Below, one piece after another: positions 40,465 to 50,290 of a DNA stretch of 64,000 nucleotides. A program made the position numbers and the translations under genes. Every line of letters begins with the position of its first letter. Within the stretch, counting starts at the first letter, position 1. This DNA comes from Moorena producens 3L. Lineage in GTDB: Bacteria > Cyanobacteriota > Cyanobacteriia > Cyanobacteriales > Coleofasciculaceae. Where the stretch lies: NCBI RefSeq assembly GCF_000211815.1, contig NZ_GL890973.1, positions 39,777 through 103,776 of the forward strand, given 5' to 3'. The notes beneath the pieces are model-generated. The model saw nothing but the letters and a program-made list of their open reading frames with translations, did not search any database and was not told the origin of the DNA.

Positions 40465-40809
40465 ATGAAAGTCCAAGTTTCAGTCGTGTTTAGCAATCCC
40501 GTGGATTTCGTTAATTTTTCTCATCAGGCACTGCCTCGATTTTGCGTCGATCTGCCTTTTAAACCTCGCGCTATCCCAGTTGAAGAACTGTTGCCCAACG
40601 TCCCTATGATTGATAGCAATTCAGACGATTGGACAACAGACCTGCCCTTCGAGCAAATAGAATACAAGGAAGAAGGAGCAGAGGAATATGCCAAAATGGT
40701 AGTAGTAGTGGAAATCCCACAGGATGATATGCCCTTGTTTGAAGATGTAGTTAAGTCGTTTGGGGGAAAGATTATGCCATCAGAGGGGTTGGATGTAATG
40801 GACATGTAG
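40465..40809 (+). CDS. Hypothetical acidic protein (114 aa)
   Basis: ORF track; no recognisable domain. Confidence 0.4.
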   Translation: MKVQVSVVFSNPVDFVNFSHQALPRFCVDLPFKPRAIPVEELLPNVPMIDSNSDDWTTDLPFEQIEYKEEGAEEYAKMVVVVEIPQDDMPLFEDVVKSFGGKIMPSEGLDVMDM

Positions 40810-40951
40810 TGGACATGTAGTTTACACCCCATATCTTACCCATAACCTGGCTTGTAGATCATAGAAATTCCTTGTTAATCTTGATCGAAAATTCAAGACT
40901 ATCACAAAATATGTTTGAAGGAAAAATAGTCTGGAATACACAAGGAATGAA

Positions 40952-42145
40952 ATGACCTCTAAGCAGGATAAACCTGAGGTGGCTAAAATCCTCGAACCAT
41001 TCAAACTCGCATTGGCTGAGCATCTGAGTAACCCTGATGTTGTCTTAGACGAGGTACTGGCATGGACTGGCTCTCAGCCTTTTTTGACCCAGAAGCTTTG
41101 TCAAGTTATCCTTGACTCTAAATCTCCCATCCCTGTTGGTGAGGAAGCTCTCAAAGTCGAAGAACTAGTCAAAACTCACTTCGTTGAAAATTGGGAAACT
41201 CAGGAAGCCGCTGAACTTCTGCAAGATATTCGTAGTTTCTTGCTCGAAGAACAATTCCTGCGGCTATATCAGAAAATTTTGCAGGGAGTCATGATGGCAA
41301 ATGACAGTTGGGAACAAAAAGTGTTGCTCAACTCCGGTGTGGTGATTAACCAGGGGGGAAATTTAAAAGTTTCTAACCGTATTTATGAGGTTGTTTTTAA
41401 TCACAGCTGGGTAGCTCAAGAGTTAGCACAGTTGACCAGTACAGACTATTGGTTGGCATCTGAGCTGACGACAGATGCTACTGATCAAGCCATCGCCATT
41501 GCTTTTCCTAACCTACCAATCACCCCAGTTACTCAAGACCAAGATCTCACAACTGACCAGCCTAAACACTCAGAGCTGACAACTGATGAACCCAAACACC
41601 CAGATCTAACAACTGACGAGCCCAACCAATCAACTGTAGTACCTTTAGAGCCAGACCAAGCCACAACCTTGGCTACCTCATCAGCTAGCAGAATCCCATC
41701 ACCCATTAGTTTTTGGGGTGGCTTGATCGCCTTGTTTCTAGTCATTACCTTTGGTGTATTTCAGTGTACTAGTGCTAGAAGAGCAGACGATCAACTAAAA
41801 AACCTTGCTTCTGAGGACATATGCAGACGCCAATTTACTACCAGAAAAGAACAAATAGAGCAACTTAGAAAGATAAAGAGTCAAAATAGTGCTTTTCCCA
41901 AGCTATGTCAGTCAATGTTAGATCAATTGCAGTTTTCCTATGCTATAGAAGAGCTCGCTAGTCAAGGTGAATTCAAGCAAGCTACTATAAATCTTTGTAA
42001 AGTATCAGAGCGTTACTACCAGTTTAAACAAAAATCTCTTCCACGTTTTTTCCGTCGATGGGATAGGAATAATGAGAATTATGCTAATTGGTTGAGAAAC
42101 TATCTAATAAAATTAGATTGTCCAGCTGCTAAATATTTGGGGTAA
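40952..42145 (+). CDS. Hypothetical membrane-anchored protein whose N-terminal roughly 180 aa resemble the C-terminal non-ATPase region of AAA-like (pfam14516) proteins, followed by DLTTDEPKH repeats, one TM helix and a C-terminal domain
   Basis: Compare KVLLNSGVVINQGGNLKVSNRIYEVVFNHSWVAQELAQL with LKQVVIADRGVELDPISIYKLQSMGLVSVQRNQVTLCCNLYRQYFLEHL in the 4219-5574 protein. Repeats DLTTDQPKHSELTTDEPKHPDLTTDEPNQ. TM stretch GGLIALFLVITFGVF. Confidence 0.5.
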   Translation: MTSKQDKPEVAKILEPFKLALAEHLSNPDVVLDEVLAWTGSQPFLTQKLCQVILDSKSPIPVGEEALKVEELVKTHFVENWETQEAAELLQDIRSFLLEEQFLRLYQKILQGVMMANDSWEQKVLLNSGVVINQGGNLKVSNRIYEVVFNHSWVAQELAQLTSTDYWLASELTTDATDQAIAIAFPNLPITPVTQDQDLTTDQPKHSELTTDEPKHPDLTTDEPNQSTVVPLEPDQATTLATSSASRIPSPISFWGGLIALFLVITFGVFQCTSARRADDQLKNLASEDICRRQFTTRKEQIEQLRKIKSQNSAFPKLCQSMLDQLQFSYAIEELASQGEFKQATINLCKVSERYYQFKQKSLPRFFRRWDRNNENYANWLRNYLIKLDCPAAKYLG

Positions 42146-42372
42146 TCAATTGTTAAATTGTTAAATTGTTAAATTAAATTGTTAAATCAGTAGTTGTGGC
42201 AACAGGGAACAGGGAATAGGAAATTCATGCATGGATTTTTAGCAAACAGTTAACTAAATAACTAATTAATTTAACTAATTAATCTAACTTAATAGACTGG
42301 TTTTAGTCAATAAAAATTTATTTTATTGCCTACTTTTAAAGACTTAGCTATTTACTGATAAGCCAGATTCTT

Positions 42373-43947
42373 CTAAGGATTATAAAAAACTCCATCGCTA
42401 CCACTGATTTCTTCTTCCAAAGATACCCTAATTCCTCGACGAGCAATTTCAAAAATAGTTAAGATAAATTCTCCCAATTGAAAATATTGGGTTTGACGTA
42501 ATTGTTTCCTATGGCGTTGTTTGCCGCTAATCCGCTCATTGATATGGCTTGCATAATATAAAATTAGGCTAACTAATAGCCAACCTAATAAACTCAATAG
42601 AGCTGTTACAATGATAATAATCAGCCAGCCTAAGAACTGACACAACACTTGTAATAATGGATCGTCATATACATCAAGTTCCGAGTACAACAGAGAACTA
42701 TTGCTACTAAAGATTCCTAAGGCAATCGTTCCCCAAAATCCACAGAAAAGGTGAACAGGAATCGAACCTACGGGGTCGTCAATTTTCCAAACTTGTAGAA
42801 AATATTCGCCTAAAAGGACAAAAATACCGCTGATAGAGCCAATTATAAATGCACTTTTGATATCTACAAAAGCAGCTGAGGCTGTAATTCCCACCAACCC
42901 ACCTAAAATGCCATTGATAATTGAGGCTAGACTGGGTTTTCCCAGGATAATTGGACTAAAAAATACGCTGGATATTCCACCAGCTGCTGCTGCCATCATG
43001 GTAGTTGTGATGGTATTAGCTACATAATCGAGATCCTTTGCTGAGCCACCATTAAAACCAAACCAGCCCAGCCAAAGAATTAAGCAGCCTAAGGTGGCTA
43101 AACCCAGATTATCGGCAGAGAACTTTTCAGTTTCGAGACCTTCATATCTATCTGTTCTTAAATTGTAGCCAAAACGACCTTGTCGTGGCTTTAGTAGCCA
43201 AGCCCCTACCAAGCCAGCCATACCACCAACACTATGGACTACAGTTGAACCCGCAAAATCATGAAATTTTAGCGCCTTGGCTAGCCAACCATAGTGTCCC
43301 CAAACCCAGTGACCGGTTACGGGATAGATAAAACCAACCAGGAAAAAACTAAATAGGAGAAATGCCCAGAATTTTACCCGTTCAGCAACAGCTCCTGAAA
43401 CAATAGTGGCTGCAGTTCCAGCAAAGACTAACTGAAATAAAAATAGAGCCGCAAAGGAGCGATTAGACCAATCTTGATTGAGACAATTAAATCCTGATTC
43501 TGGAAAACCAAGATTTCCAAATTGGGGAAAGGGAAGATTAAAAAACAACCCCTTTTGACCCACTAAACTTAAACTATTATTTTCTCCTGGAACACAACTG
43601 TAAGTGATGCCATCACCAAACATTAAGCCAAAGCCAACTAGCCAAAAGGCTAAGGCTGATATACAGAAAACTATCAAATTTTTAGCCAAGACATTAGTCG
43701 CATTTCTCCGTCTACATAACCCGGCTTCTAACATGGCAAAGCCAGCATTCATAAAAAAGACTAGAAAAGATGAAACTAACAACCAGATAGTAGACAGGTT
43801 AGTGAAATTATTCGTGTTACTATCTTGTGCTACTGCTACACCAAGCCATCCCAGCAGGATGGTAATAGCCAAAGATAGGCAGAAGTACCAACGGCTCGGT
43901 ACCCGGATGATTTGGTGTTTTAATCTCTTGTACTTATGTCGAGACAT
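42373..43947 (-). CDS. amt: Ammonium transporter (Amt family), start trimmed to MSRHKYKRL...
   Basis: 11-TM Amt signature regions. The upstream 20 codons of the track ORF overlap the tnpB remnant and are probably not translated. Confidence 0.85.
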   Translation of the reverse strand: MSRHKYKRLKHQIIRVPSRWYFCLSLAITILLGWLGVAVAQDSNTNNFTNLSTIWLLVSSFLVFFMNAGFAMLEAGLCRRRNATNVLAKNLIVFCISALAFWLVGFGLMFGDGITYSCVPGENNSLSLVGQKGLFFNLPFPQFGNLGFPESGFNCLNQDWSNRSFAALFLFQLVFAGTAATIVSGAVAERVKFWAFLLFSFFLVGFIYPVTGHWVWGHYGWLAKALKFHDFAGSTVVHSVGGMAGLVGAWLLKPRQGRFGYNLRTDRYEGLETEKFSADNLGLATLGCLILWLGWFGFNGGSAKDLDYVANTITTTMMAAAAGGISSVFFSPIILGKPSLASIINGILGGLVGITASAAFVDIKSAFIIGSISGIFVLLGEYFLQVWKIDDPVGSIPVHLFCGFWGTIALGIFSSNSSLLYSELDVYDDPLLQVLCQFLGWLIIIIVTALLSLLGWLLVSLILYYASHINERISGKQRHRKQLRQTQYFQLGEFILTIFEIARRGIRVSLEEEISGSDGVFYNP

Positions 43948-43960
43948 CAAAGCAAGCTTT

Positions 43961-45300
43961 CTAGTTTTTTGACACTCCCCGGTCGCGCATACGCGGGGAT
44001 TCTTCATTCAACGAGCCAGCTTGCTGAACCTGGCCGGAACCAAGAACAGTAGAGGCCGATTCTCCTGAAGCGTTTAGATATTTTAAGATCCAGGTTCCGG
44101 TGTGCCCCACCGTACCCAAGGCTTTCTTAAGGATGTTTATTGCGGCGTTGTGGTCTCTATCTAACTGACAACCACACTTGCACGTATGAGTCCTAGTTGA
44201 TAGGGACTTTTTAACTTCTTCGCCACAATTGGAACAGTTTTGGCTGGTATATGCAGGATTTACTGCAACTGTTACCTTTCCGAACTTGGTGCCAAAGTGC
44301 TCCATCCATTTCCTAAACTGATACCAACCTGCATCATTAATAGACTTAGCGAGGCAGTGATTTTTTACTAGGTTCTTGGCTCTTAAGTCGACCTAGGCGA
44401 CCAGATCGTTAGAACAGATTACGCAGCGCGCCGGAGACGAAACCTTAGAATAAAGAAGCCTTAATAACAAAGATTTAACCCTTTTATGCATAGCCGACTA
44501 ACCATAAAGGCTTCTTTATTCTTACGGTAACTTCGTTCCCAGTCTCTTGGCGTTCTCTTCACGTTGCCTACTTATCTTAAGGTGCTGTCTGCCTAGTCTA
44601 TTAACTGCTTTATTTCGATTGGATGAGCCTTTCTTCTTGCGAGAAACTCGACGCTGGTAGAACTTAAGGCGTTTTTCTCCCGTTCTGTAAAAGCAGGGAT
44701 TTGGTTCAGTTTTTCCAGCGGAATCAGTGTAAAAATATTTTAGTCCAACATCCAAGCCGATAGCTGTCCCACTTGGCTCTAGTTCCTCTTTGATATCAAC
44801 TGAAACACAAAACTGGACATAATAACCATCAGCCCGGCGAACTATACGGACTCGCTTTATTTCCTTTTTATCCAAGCGCCACAAGTCCCATCTACCTTTA
44901 AGCTTAAGCTTCCCAATACCCTTTTTATCACTAAAGGTGATTGACTTCTTGTCAGGGGATAACTTCCATCCAGACTGTTTATACTCCACTGAGCGGCAGT
45001 TTTTCTGGAACTTAGGAAAACCTTTCTTTCCAGGTACTTTTTTCTTGCAGTTATCAAAGAATCGAACAATTGATGACCATGCTCTTTCAGCACTAGACTG
45101 ACGAGCAGTAGAGTTTAATTCATTAGCAAAAGGAAAGTTTTTAGCAAGGACTGCACTGTACTTATTAAGGTCAAATTTGTTGACCCCTTTATTTTCCATC
45201 CAATACCTGAGGCAGCTATTACGGATGAACTGGACTGTCCGGATAGCCTCGTTGATCCCAGAGTATTGATGTTTTTTTCCTTTCGCCTTGAACTCTAAAA
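43961..45300 (-). pseudogene. tnpB: Disrupted IS200/IS605-family tnpB (OrfB): N-terminal part in one frame (44522-45300), C-terminal zinc-finger part in another (43961-44305); the middle is replaced or interrupted by a roughly 105-bp hairpin element
   Basis: C-terminal piece VAVNPAYTSQNCSNCGEEV...HTCKCGCQLDRDHNAAINIL is typical TnpB. The N-terminal piece starts MIILEFKAKGKKHQY. The two pieces are in different frames, separated by 216 nt containing hairpin element A. Confidence 0.75.
44431..44535. repeat. Hairpin (MITE-like) element A: CCGGAGACGAAACCTTAGAAT-AAAGAAGCCTTA-loop-TAAAGGCTTCTTT-ATTCTTACGGTAACTTCG
   Basis: Perfect 16-bp inverted repeat around a roughly 45-nt loop; related copies at 45318-45420, 49838-49946, 49969-50008 (half) and 50179-50283. 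Confidence 0.75.
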
Positions 45301-45317
45301 TGATCATCAGCTTCTTA

Positions 45318-45420
45318 AAGTTACCGTAAGAATAGGGTCGCCTTATAACAACAGTTTTAACCCTTTTTCCATAGCCGACAAACCATAAAGGCGACCCTAT
45401 TCTAAGGTTTCGTCTGGGAC
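45318..45420. repeat. Hairpin element B (same family as A, outer arms inverted), adjacent to the 5' end of the tnpB remnant
   Basis: AAGTTACCGTAAGAATAGGGTCGCCTTA-loop-TAAAGGCGACCCTATTCTAAGGTTTCGTCTGG. Confidence 0.75.
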
Positions 45421-45577
45421 CTAAACTGTTCACTCCCTTATTTTACAACATCCAGACTAAAATTCCGGATTTTCCTGAAATATTTTTCTAGGCGCGTCAA
45501 GCCGCTGTGAGCCTTCATCCCCGGTCATTAGACACGGGGTTTTCGGCTTTGGGGGATTTTTATAAAAGGACAGAGAT

Positions 45578-47635
45578 TTACGCGAATCTGTTCACAGCAG
45601 AAGCTGAGCCATCTTCTAGCTTTGAGTTAAAAGGAAGCTGAGCCTCTGAGTTCGCTAGTTCTTGAAAATGAATAACTTCTTTACGGGGATCAGCATGACT
45701 GACTTTGACGTGTAAGCGATCGCCTAATTGAACCGAACGCTGGAAACGCATGGGCAATTCTAGACCTAACTCTTCTAGGAGAATGTTGCCCTTATTCTCG
45801 TTTTCTCGCCACCAACTGAGTACTAATACTTGCCAAACCTGATTCGGGTTACGCCGCAAATATTCCAATCCCCAATATTTGTTGGTATCACGTTCTACTT
45901 CACTAGCATCCTTAGCTGTTCTGGTTACACTCTGCATCGTTTCGAGCAAATCTTCAGCTTCAAAGGGTAGGGGGTCACCCCGTAGATGAGCTTTCAGCTG
46001 GAAATGAGTCATTAAGTCAGTGTAGCGGCGGATCGGAGAGGTTACCTGGGTGTAAGTTTCCAAAGCCAAACTAGCGTGGCGTGTTGGGGTAATGCTCATT
46101 TCGCTTCTAGGCATACACCGACGCATGGCACAGAACCGCACTGGACCGGCTGGCAATAGCAGCAGTTCTTCTTGGGATGGAAGTTCTGGCTGGGGTTGTC
46201 CTCGGAATGGTAGTGGAATTTGGTGCGCTTGACCATAGCGTCCAGCCACTTCACCTGCCAGAATCATCATTTCTGCCACCATTTGCCGTGATGGTGAATC
46301 TTCTAACACCTCAATGGTAATTTGGTCATCATTTCCCACCTTGATTACCGACTCTGGCATATGGATGCTAATCGCCCCCTGAGACTTGCGCCACTTTTGC
46401 CGACGCACAGCCAAGTTAGCGATCGCAAACAGTTCTGTTTCTGCCTGTACCCCTAACTGCAACATTTCATCTACATCTTCATAAGTCAGGCGATAGGTGG
46501 GTTTAATCAGGCTGGGGTGAATCTGATAGTCATAGATGGCACCATCTTGATCCAAGATCACGCCAAAACTGAGTGCGCCACAGACTTGACCTTGAACCAA
46601 ACTCATTGGACCAGTTGCCAGTTCCGATGGGAACATGGGAATCATGCCCGTGGGTAGATATATGGTGGTACTACGCCGTCGTGCTTCTAGGTCAAGATTA
46701 TCCCCTGGCATTACCAAGCGGGTTGGGTCAGCGATGTGAATCCACAGACGCTGAGTGCCATCCTCTAGATCTTCTATACTCAAACCATCATCTATTTCTT
46801 GGGTACTTTCATCATCTATGGTGTAGAGTTTCAGATGAGTTAAATCCAAGCGATCTGAATCTGGGTCAGTAGGAGGATTTGCCAGGTATTGCTGGGTCAA
46901 TTCGAGTACCTCACGACGAAATTGAGTTGGGATTTTATGACGCAGCAAGTACTTCTGGTGAGGACGCCACAAACCCAAATTTATCAATAAATCGAAGGCA
47001 TTTTCTGGGTTTTGAGGGCGTTTTAGTGCTTCCAGAGTTTCCTGAACTGCACGAGATGGTTTATCTGGTTCACTAACGAACCGTTCTAGAGCATCAAAGC
47101 GAGTGCGATCGCTATCAACCCACTCTACTTGCTCACCCCCTAACTTTTGCTGTACTCGCTTCAAAAATTCTTCTTGTTCCTGGTGCTTTGATTGAGCCGC
47201 TGCCAGTTGATGCTTGATTTCAGCCACCATGCTAGCGGAGCGGGGTTCATAGGTTTGTGCTTTTTGTTTAAAATAGATTTTGTCTTCAAACAGAATACAG
47301 TGTGCCGCATAGCACTGGGGTGGACTTTGCTCAGAAAATAATAACTGTGCCATGTCAGCACAGGTAACCGCCTCTCCTTCTTCCACCAGTAATTCCCAAG
47401 CTAATTCTAAGCTATCTGGGTCTAGATAGGGTTGTACTCGAGCAATAAACTCTGGTATTTGTGATGGCTCATAAGTAGAATCTGCCACTGTGTAGGTGAC
47501 TTGTCGAGGATGGAGCTTGTGCAGTTTCCCCCGTTGATCCAAAGCAATCAAGTGGTTCTTGCCCTCTGGACGATCGACAACAGCGAGATGGCGTTCTCCT
47601 TGTAAGCGAAATTCGATTAGTGTTCCCTTTTCCAC
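45578..47635 (-). CDS. rnb: RNB-domain 3'-5' exoribonuclease (RNase II/RNase R family)
   Basis: 685 aa; RNB catalytic motifs (IDDESTQEIDDGLS), N-terminal cold-shock-like region, C-terminal S1-like region. Confidence 0.85.
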   Translation of the reverse strand: MEKGTLIEFRLQGERHLAVVDRPEGKNHLIALDQRGKLHKLHPRQVTYTVADSTYEPSQIPEFIARVQPYLDPDSLELAWELLVEEGEAVTCADMAQLLFSEQSPPQCYAAHCILFEDKIYFKQKAQTYEPRSASMVAEIKHQLAAAQSKHQEQEEFLKRVQQKLGGEQVEWVDSDRTRFDALERFVSEPDKPSRAVQETLEALKRPQNPENAFDLLINLGLWRPHQKYLLRHKIPTQFRREVLELTQQYLANPPTDPDSDRLDLTHLKLYTIDDESTQEIDDGLSIEDLEDGTQRLWIHIADPTRLVMPGDNLDLEARRRSTTIYLPTGMIPMFPSELATGPMSLVQGQVCGALSFGVILDQDGAIYDYQIHPSLIKPTYRLTYEDVDEMLQLGVQAETELFAIANLAVRRQKWRKSQGAISIHMPESVIKVGNDDQITIEVLEDSPSRQMVAEMMILAGEVAGRYGQAHQIPLPFRGQPQPELPSQEELLLLPAGPVRFCAMRRCMPRSEMSITPTRHASLALETYTQVTSPIRRYTDLMTHFQLKAHLRGDPLPFEAEDLLETMQSVTRTAKDASEVERDTNKYWGLEYLRRNPNQVWQVLVLSWWRENENKGNILLEELGLELPMRFQRSVQLGDRLHVKVSHADPRKEVIHFQELANSEAQLPFNSKLEDGSASAVNRFA

Positions 47636-47727
47636 CAGTTCTGATAACCCGGGTAGCGTTTACCAAATCCACCTCCCCCCAGTCTATCCTGTGTTGTTGA
47701 GATACCCAACTCGGCAGACGGGGTCAA

Positions 47728-47758
47728 GTCTAAAGTCTGAAGTCTGAAGTCTGAAGTT
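47728..47758. repeat. Heptamer tandem repeat (GTCTGAA)n
   Basis: Direct reading of the sequence. Confidence 0.8.
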
Positions 47759-47825
47759 GTCAGTGGTCAGTGTAACTCCTGGTTGGGTCGCAAGTTTTTA
47801 GTTAACCATGTCTTGATGCAGAGCG

Positions 47826-47880
47826 CGAGTGGGGGAATTCCCCGTGAGGCCACTGCATCGCGCGCCTCAGCCATCGATCA
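47826..47880. repeat. Palindromic element GATGCAGAGCGCG-GGGGG-CCCC-CTGCATC; a second copy lies at 58565-58612
   Basis: Two copies share the GATGCAG...GGGGG-spacer-CCCCC...CTGCATC architecture. Confidence 0.55.
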
Positions 47881-47978
47881 CCCCATTTCATCCTTCATAC
47901 TTCATCCTTCATCCTTCTTATTTGATATTTGATTCTTCACACGGGAAATATCCCAGAGGAAGACCGTGATTGTTCACC

Positions 47979-48194
47979 TTAACCTTCTTTATTAATATAG
48001 GGTAGCAAAGCCAAGAACCTTGCTCGCTTAATGGCTGTGGTTAGCTTTCGTTGTTGTTGAGTCGTTAGATTAGTAATGCGGCGGGGTAGGATTTTTCCCC
48101 GTTCAGTGATAAACTTGCGCAGCAACTCAACATCTTTATAGTCGATCGGTTCATCGGGTTTGATCGGAGAGAGACGTTTACGAAAGTAAGTCAT
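47979..48194 (-). CDS. rpsR: 30S ribosomal protein S18
   Basis: [32 protein letters not shown]. Confidence 0.95.
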   Translation of the reverse strand: MTYFRKRLSPIKPDEPIDYKDVELLRKFITERGKILPRRITNLTTQQQRKLTTAIKRARFLALLPYINKEG

Positions 48195-48271
48195 GATTGG
48201 TTGTGATTGGTGATTGGTTATTTAGGTTACTGGTTACTGATTATAGTCATTTGTTCTTTGGTAAGTATTCA

Positions 48272-48350
48272 GCTATCAGCTATCAGCTATCAGCTATCAG
48301 TTATCAGTTATCAGCTTATGGGCTATCAGTTATCAGCTTATGAGCTATTA
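48272..48350. repeat. Heptamer tandem repeat (CAGCTAT/CAGTTAT)n
   Basis: Direct reading of the sequence. Confidence 0.8.
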
Positions 48351-48647
48351 GCACGCTACTTAAGCTGCTTAGGTTTCTTTTATTCTGACGGCACCTGAAG
48401 TAGAGTGAGCCATTCGCGTAGCGTGACTCAAAGGCCAATGTTCACGGCTGACCACTGAATGCTTACAATAAAACAGGTAAGCATTGGTTTAAGCTGAGTT
48501 ACTTGAGCTGACCGCTGATAGCTGACCGCTGAACGCGCACGCGTGTGCGTAGCACATAAGCTGAATACTTGTTCTTTGTTGCTTGTTCTTTGTCAATAGT
48601 CCATTTTCAATTAACAAATTCAATTCACAAATGACCAAGGACCAAAT

Positions 48648-48842
48648 CTATTTGATTTCTTTGTGAATCATGTGCTTGTTGCAATGGGTGCAAAATTTCT
48701 TCAGTTCCAGACGTGATGATGTGTTACGGCGATTCTTCCTAGTGGTATAGCGGGAAACACCAGCCGAGCGCTTATTGGAGTAACTGCGACATTCAGTACA
48801 TTCTAGAGTAATAACGATTCGGACACCTTTCTTACTTGCCAT
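48648..48842 (-). CDS. rpmG: 50S ribosomal protein L33
   Basis: [21 protein letters not shown]...; Cys4 zinc ribbon. Confidence 0.9.
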   Translation of the reverse strand: MASKKGVRIVITLECTECRSYSNKRSAGVSRYTTRKNRRNTSSRLELKKFCTHCNKHMIHKEIK

Positions 48843-49350
48843 AGTTTTTTTTCTAAGAACTCAAATATTACAATTAAACACAATTTACTATTATCTCATG
48901 GGATGCCCCAGTCTATCAAGTAGATGCAAAATTGCTCAAGTCTCGGGAAAAACCTCACGCCTTGTTGGCACCATCATCGTGCAGGGCAATCTGGTCACTG
49001 ACAAGGGCAGCCCACAGTAGTATCCTTGAAATGCGATTAGCTAGACCAATCAAGCCAATCATCATCGCGCTTTAGTGCAGCGAAGCCAACCATGCTCTCC
49101 AGTTTAGTTAGAGTCAGTAACCGGTGCAAGGGTAACGAATCTAACCTCAAGAATCAAGATAACCGAAAGCCCACTACCCTAAACTCTGAGCCGGATTGGT
49201 GTATAATAGCACGACTCCCGTAACTAGCCAGACCAACTCGAAGATCAGCATCTGCAACATATAAAAGCCAAGAGTATTTTTGATCAGGAGTGAGCTGACC
49301 AGCCATACTCCTACAAAATCGATATCGAAAGCAGCAGCCCGCCACTCTAT

Positions 49351-49449
49351 TGCTATAGCAGTCGCCAGGGCAGTTAGGACATGACAAAAGTCTCACACCC
49401 TTTGTAAGCGCAAGAGTTTGACTTCTGACAAATGACTTCTGCTATACCT
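49351..49449. repeat. Direct repeat E1 (TGCTATAGCAGTCGCCAGGGCAGTTAGGACATGACAAAAGTCTCA...GACTTCTG...CTATAC); the partner E2 lies at 50629-50735
   Basis: Roughly 85% identity between the two copies; they bracket the hairpin elements C/D and an ISAs1-like remnant. Confidence 0.65.
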
Positions 49450-49837
49450 TAGGGAAAGCGGGGATGAAATGGTTTTCTAGTGACATACTCCCGACGCTGA
49501 CAAGCACGGTACAGCGCGGGCTTCATTAAACTAAGCCAGTGAGTCACCTCTGACTCGTCTTCAAAAACGTACGTGATACTTTCGCATCATACGGCTCATC
49601 ATTACAGTACAATCCTTGACATTGGCTCCTCTAGAACGGATTTTCATCTAACTCTTTTGAGTTGGTTTTGCTTCCGTGTTTGGCATCATGGCAATGTAGG
49701 TGTAATAATTCGAGATTTTTGTCTGAATTATTTCCATCCAGTGCGCGTGGTATTATATGGTGCTTTTCCAACAAATCTCCATCTCTGTTCGCGAAGCGTC
49801 GGCTACGCCGAAGGTAAGACCACTGCGGAGTGCATTT

Positions 49838-49946
49838 CCGGAAACGAAACCTAAGATAGGGTCGCCTTACTACAAAAGCGCCGTTACCTTTTACCCATAA
49901 CCTACCAACGTTTGAAGTTACCCTATCTTAGGGTAACTTCAAACCC
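49838..49946. repeat. Hairpin element C (same family as A/B)
   Basis: CCGGAAACGAAACCTAAGATAGGGTCGCCTTA...GTTACCCTATCTTAGGGTAACTTCAAACCC. Confidence 0.7.
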
Positions 49947-49968
49947 TTCTTGCCGTTTCAAAAGCCTT

Positions 49969-50008
49969 CCCGGAGACGAAACCTTAGAGAGGGTCGCCTT
50001 ATTAAGCC
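49969..50008. repeat. Half-copy (left arm only) of the hairpin element
   Basis: CCGGAGACGAAACCTTAGAGAGGGTCGCCTTATT is identical to the left arm of element D at 50179-50210. Confidence 0.65.
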
Positions 50009-50178
50009 CACCTACTTACGTCGTGTTTTATTGTATATTAATTACGAAGAGTATTCGATGTGCCTTGCGCGCATTCTTGAATGTACAACCAGCTTCTGGA
50101 GAAACCATTGGCTTAGACGGCAAAGTCCTTAAAGGTTCAGATCAGATTGAAAACGATAATCCCAATTCCGACTCCCAA

Positions 50179-50283
50179 GGAGACGAAACCTTAGAGAGGG
50201 TCGCCTTATTTCATATAACTTAAAACTATTACCCATAACCTGTTCCTATAAAGGCGACCCTCTCTTACGGTAACTTCAAACCC
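50179..50283. repeat. Hairpin element D (full copy)
   Basis: GGAGACGAAACCTTAGAGAGGGTCGCCTTA-loop-TAAAGGCGACCCTCTCTTACGGTAACTTCAAACCC. Confidence 0.75.
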
Positions 50284-50290
50284 AGCAATT

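Noticed and set aside
43948-44007. N-terminal 20-codon extension of the amt ORF (MKNPRVCATGECQKTRKLAL)
   Set aside because: It overlaps the tnpB remnant. The canonical Amt N-terminus begins at the internal Met at 43947.
45301-45433. N-terminal 44 codons of the track ORF 44522-45433 (MNSLGPRRNLRIGSPLWFVGYGKRV...)
   Set aside because: This is translation of hairpin element B. The TnpB similarity starts at MIILEFKAKGK.
48900-49500. Possible RNase P RNA or other ncRNA in the long non-coding stretch after rpmG, and ORFs 49154-49396, 49573-49854, 49912-50223 and 49950-50132
   Set aside because: No match to the conserved RNase P core. The ORFs translate repeat or hairpin elements (e.g. the recurring GDETLERVAL) and overlap one another.
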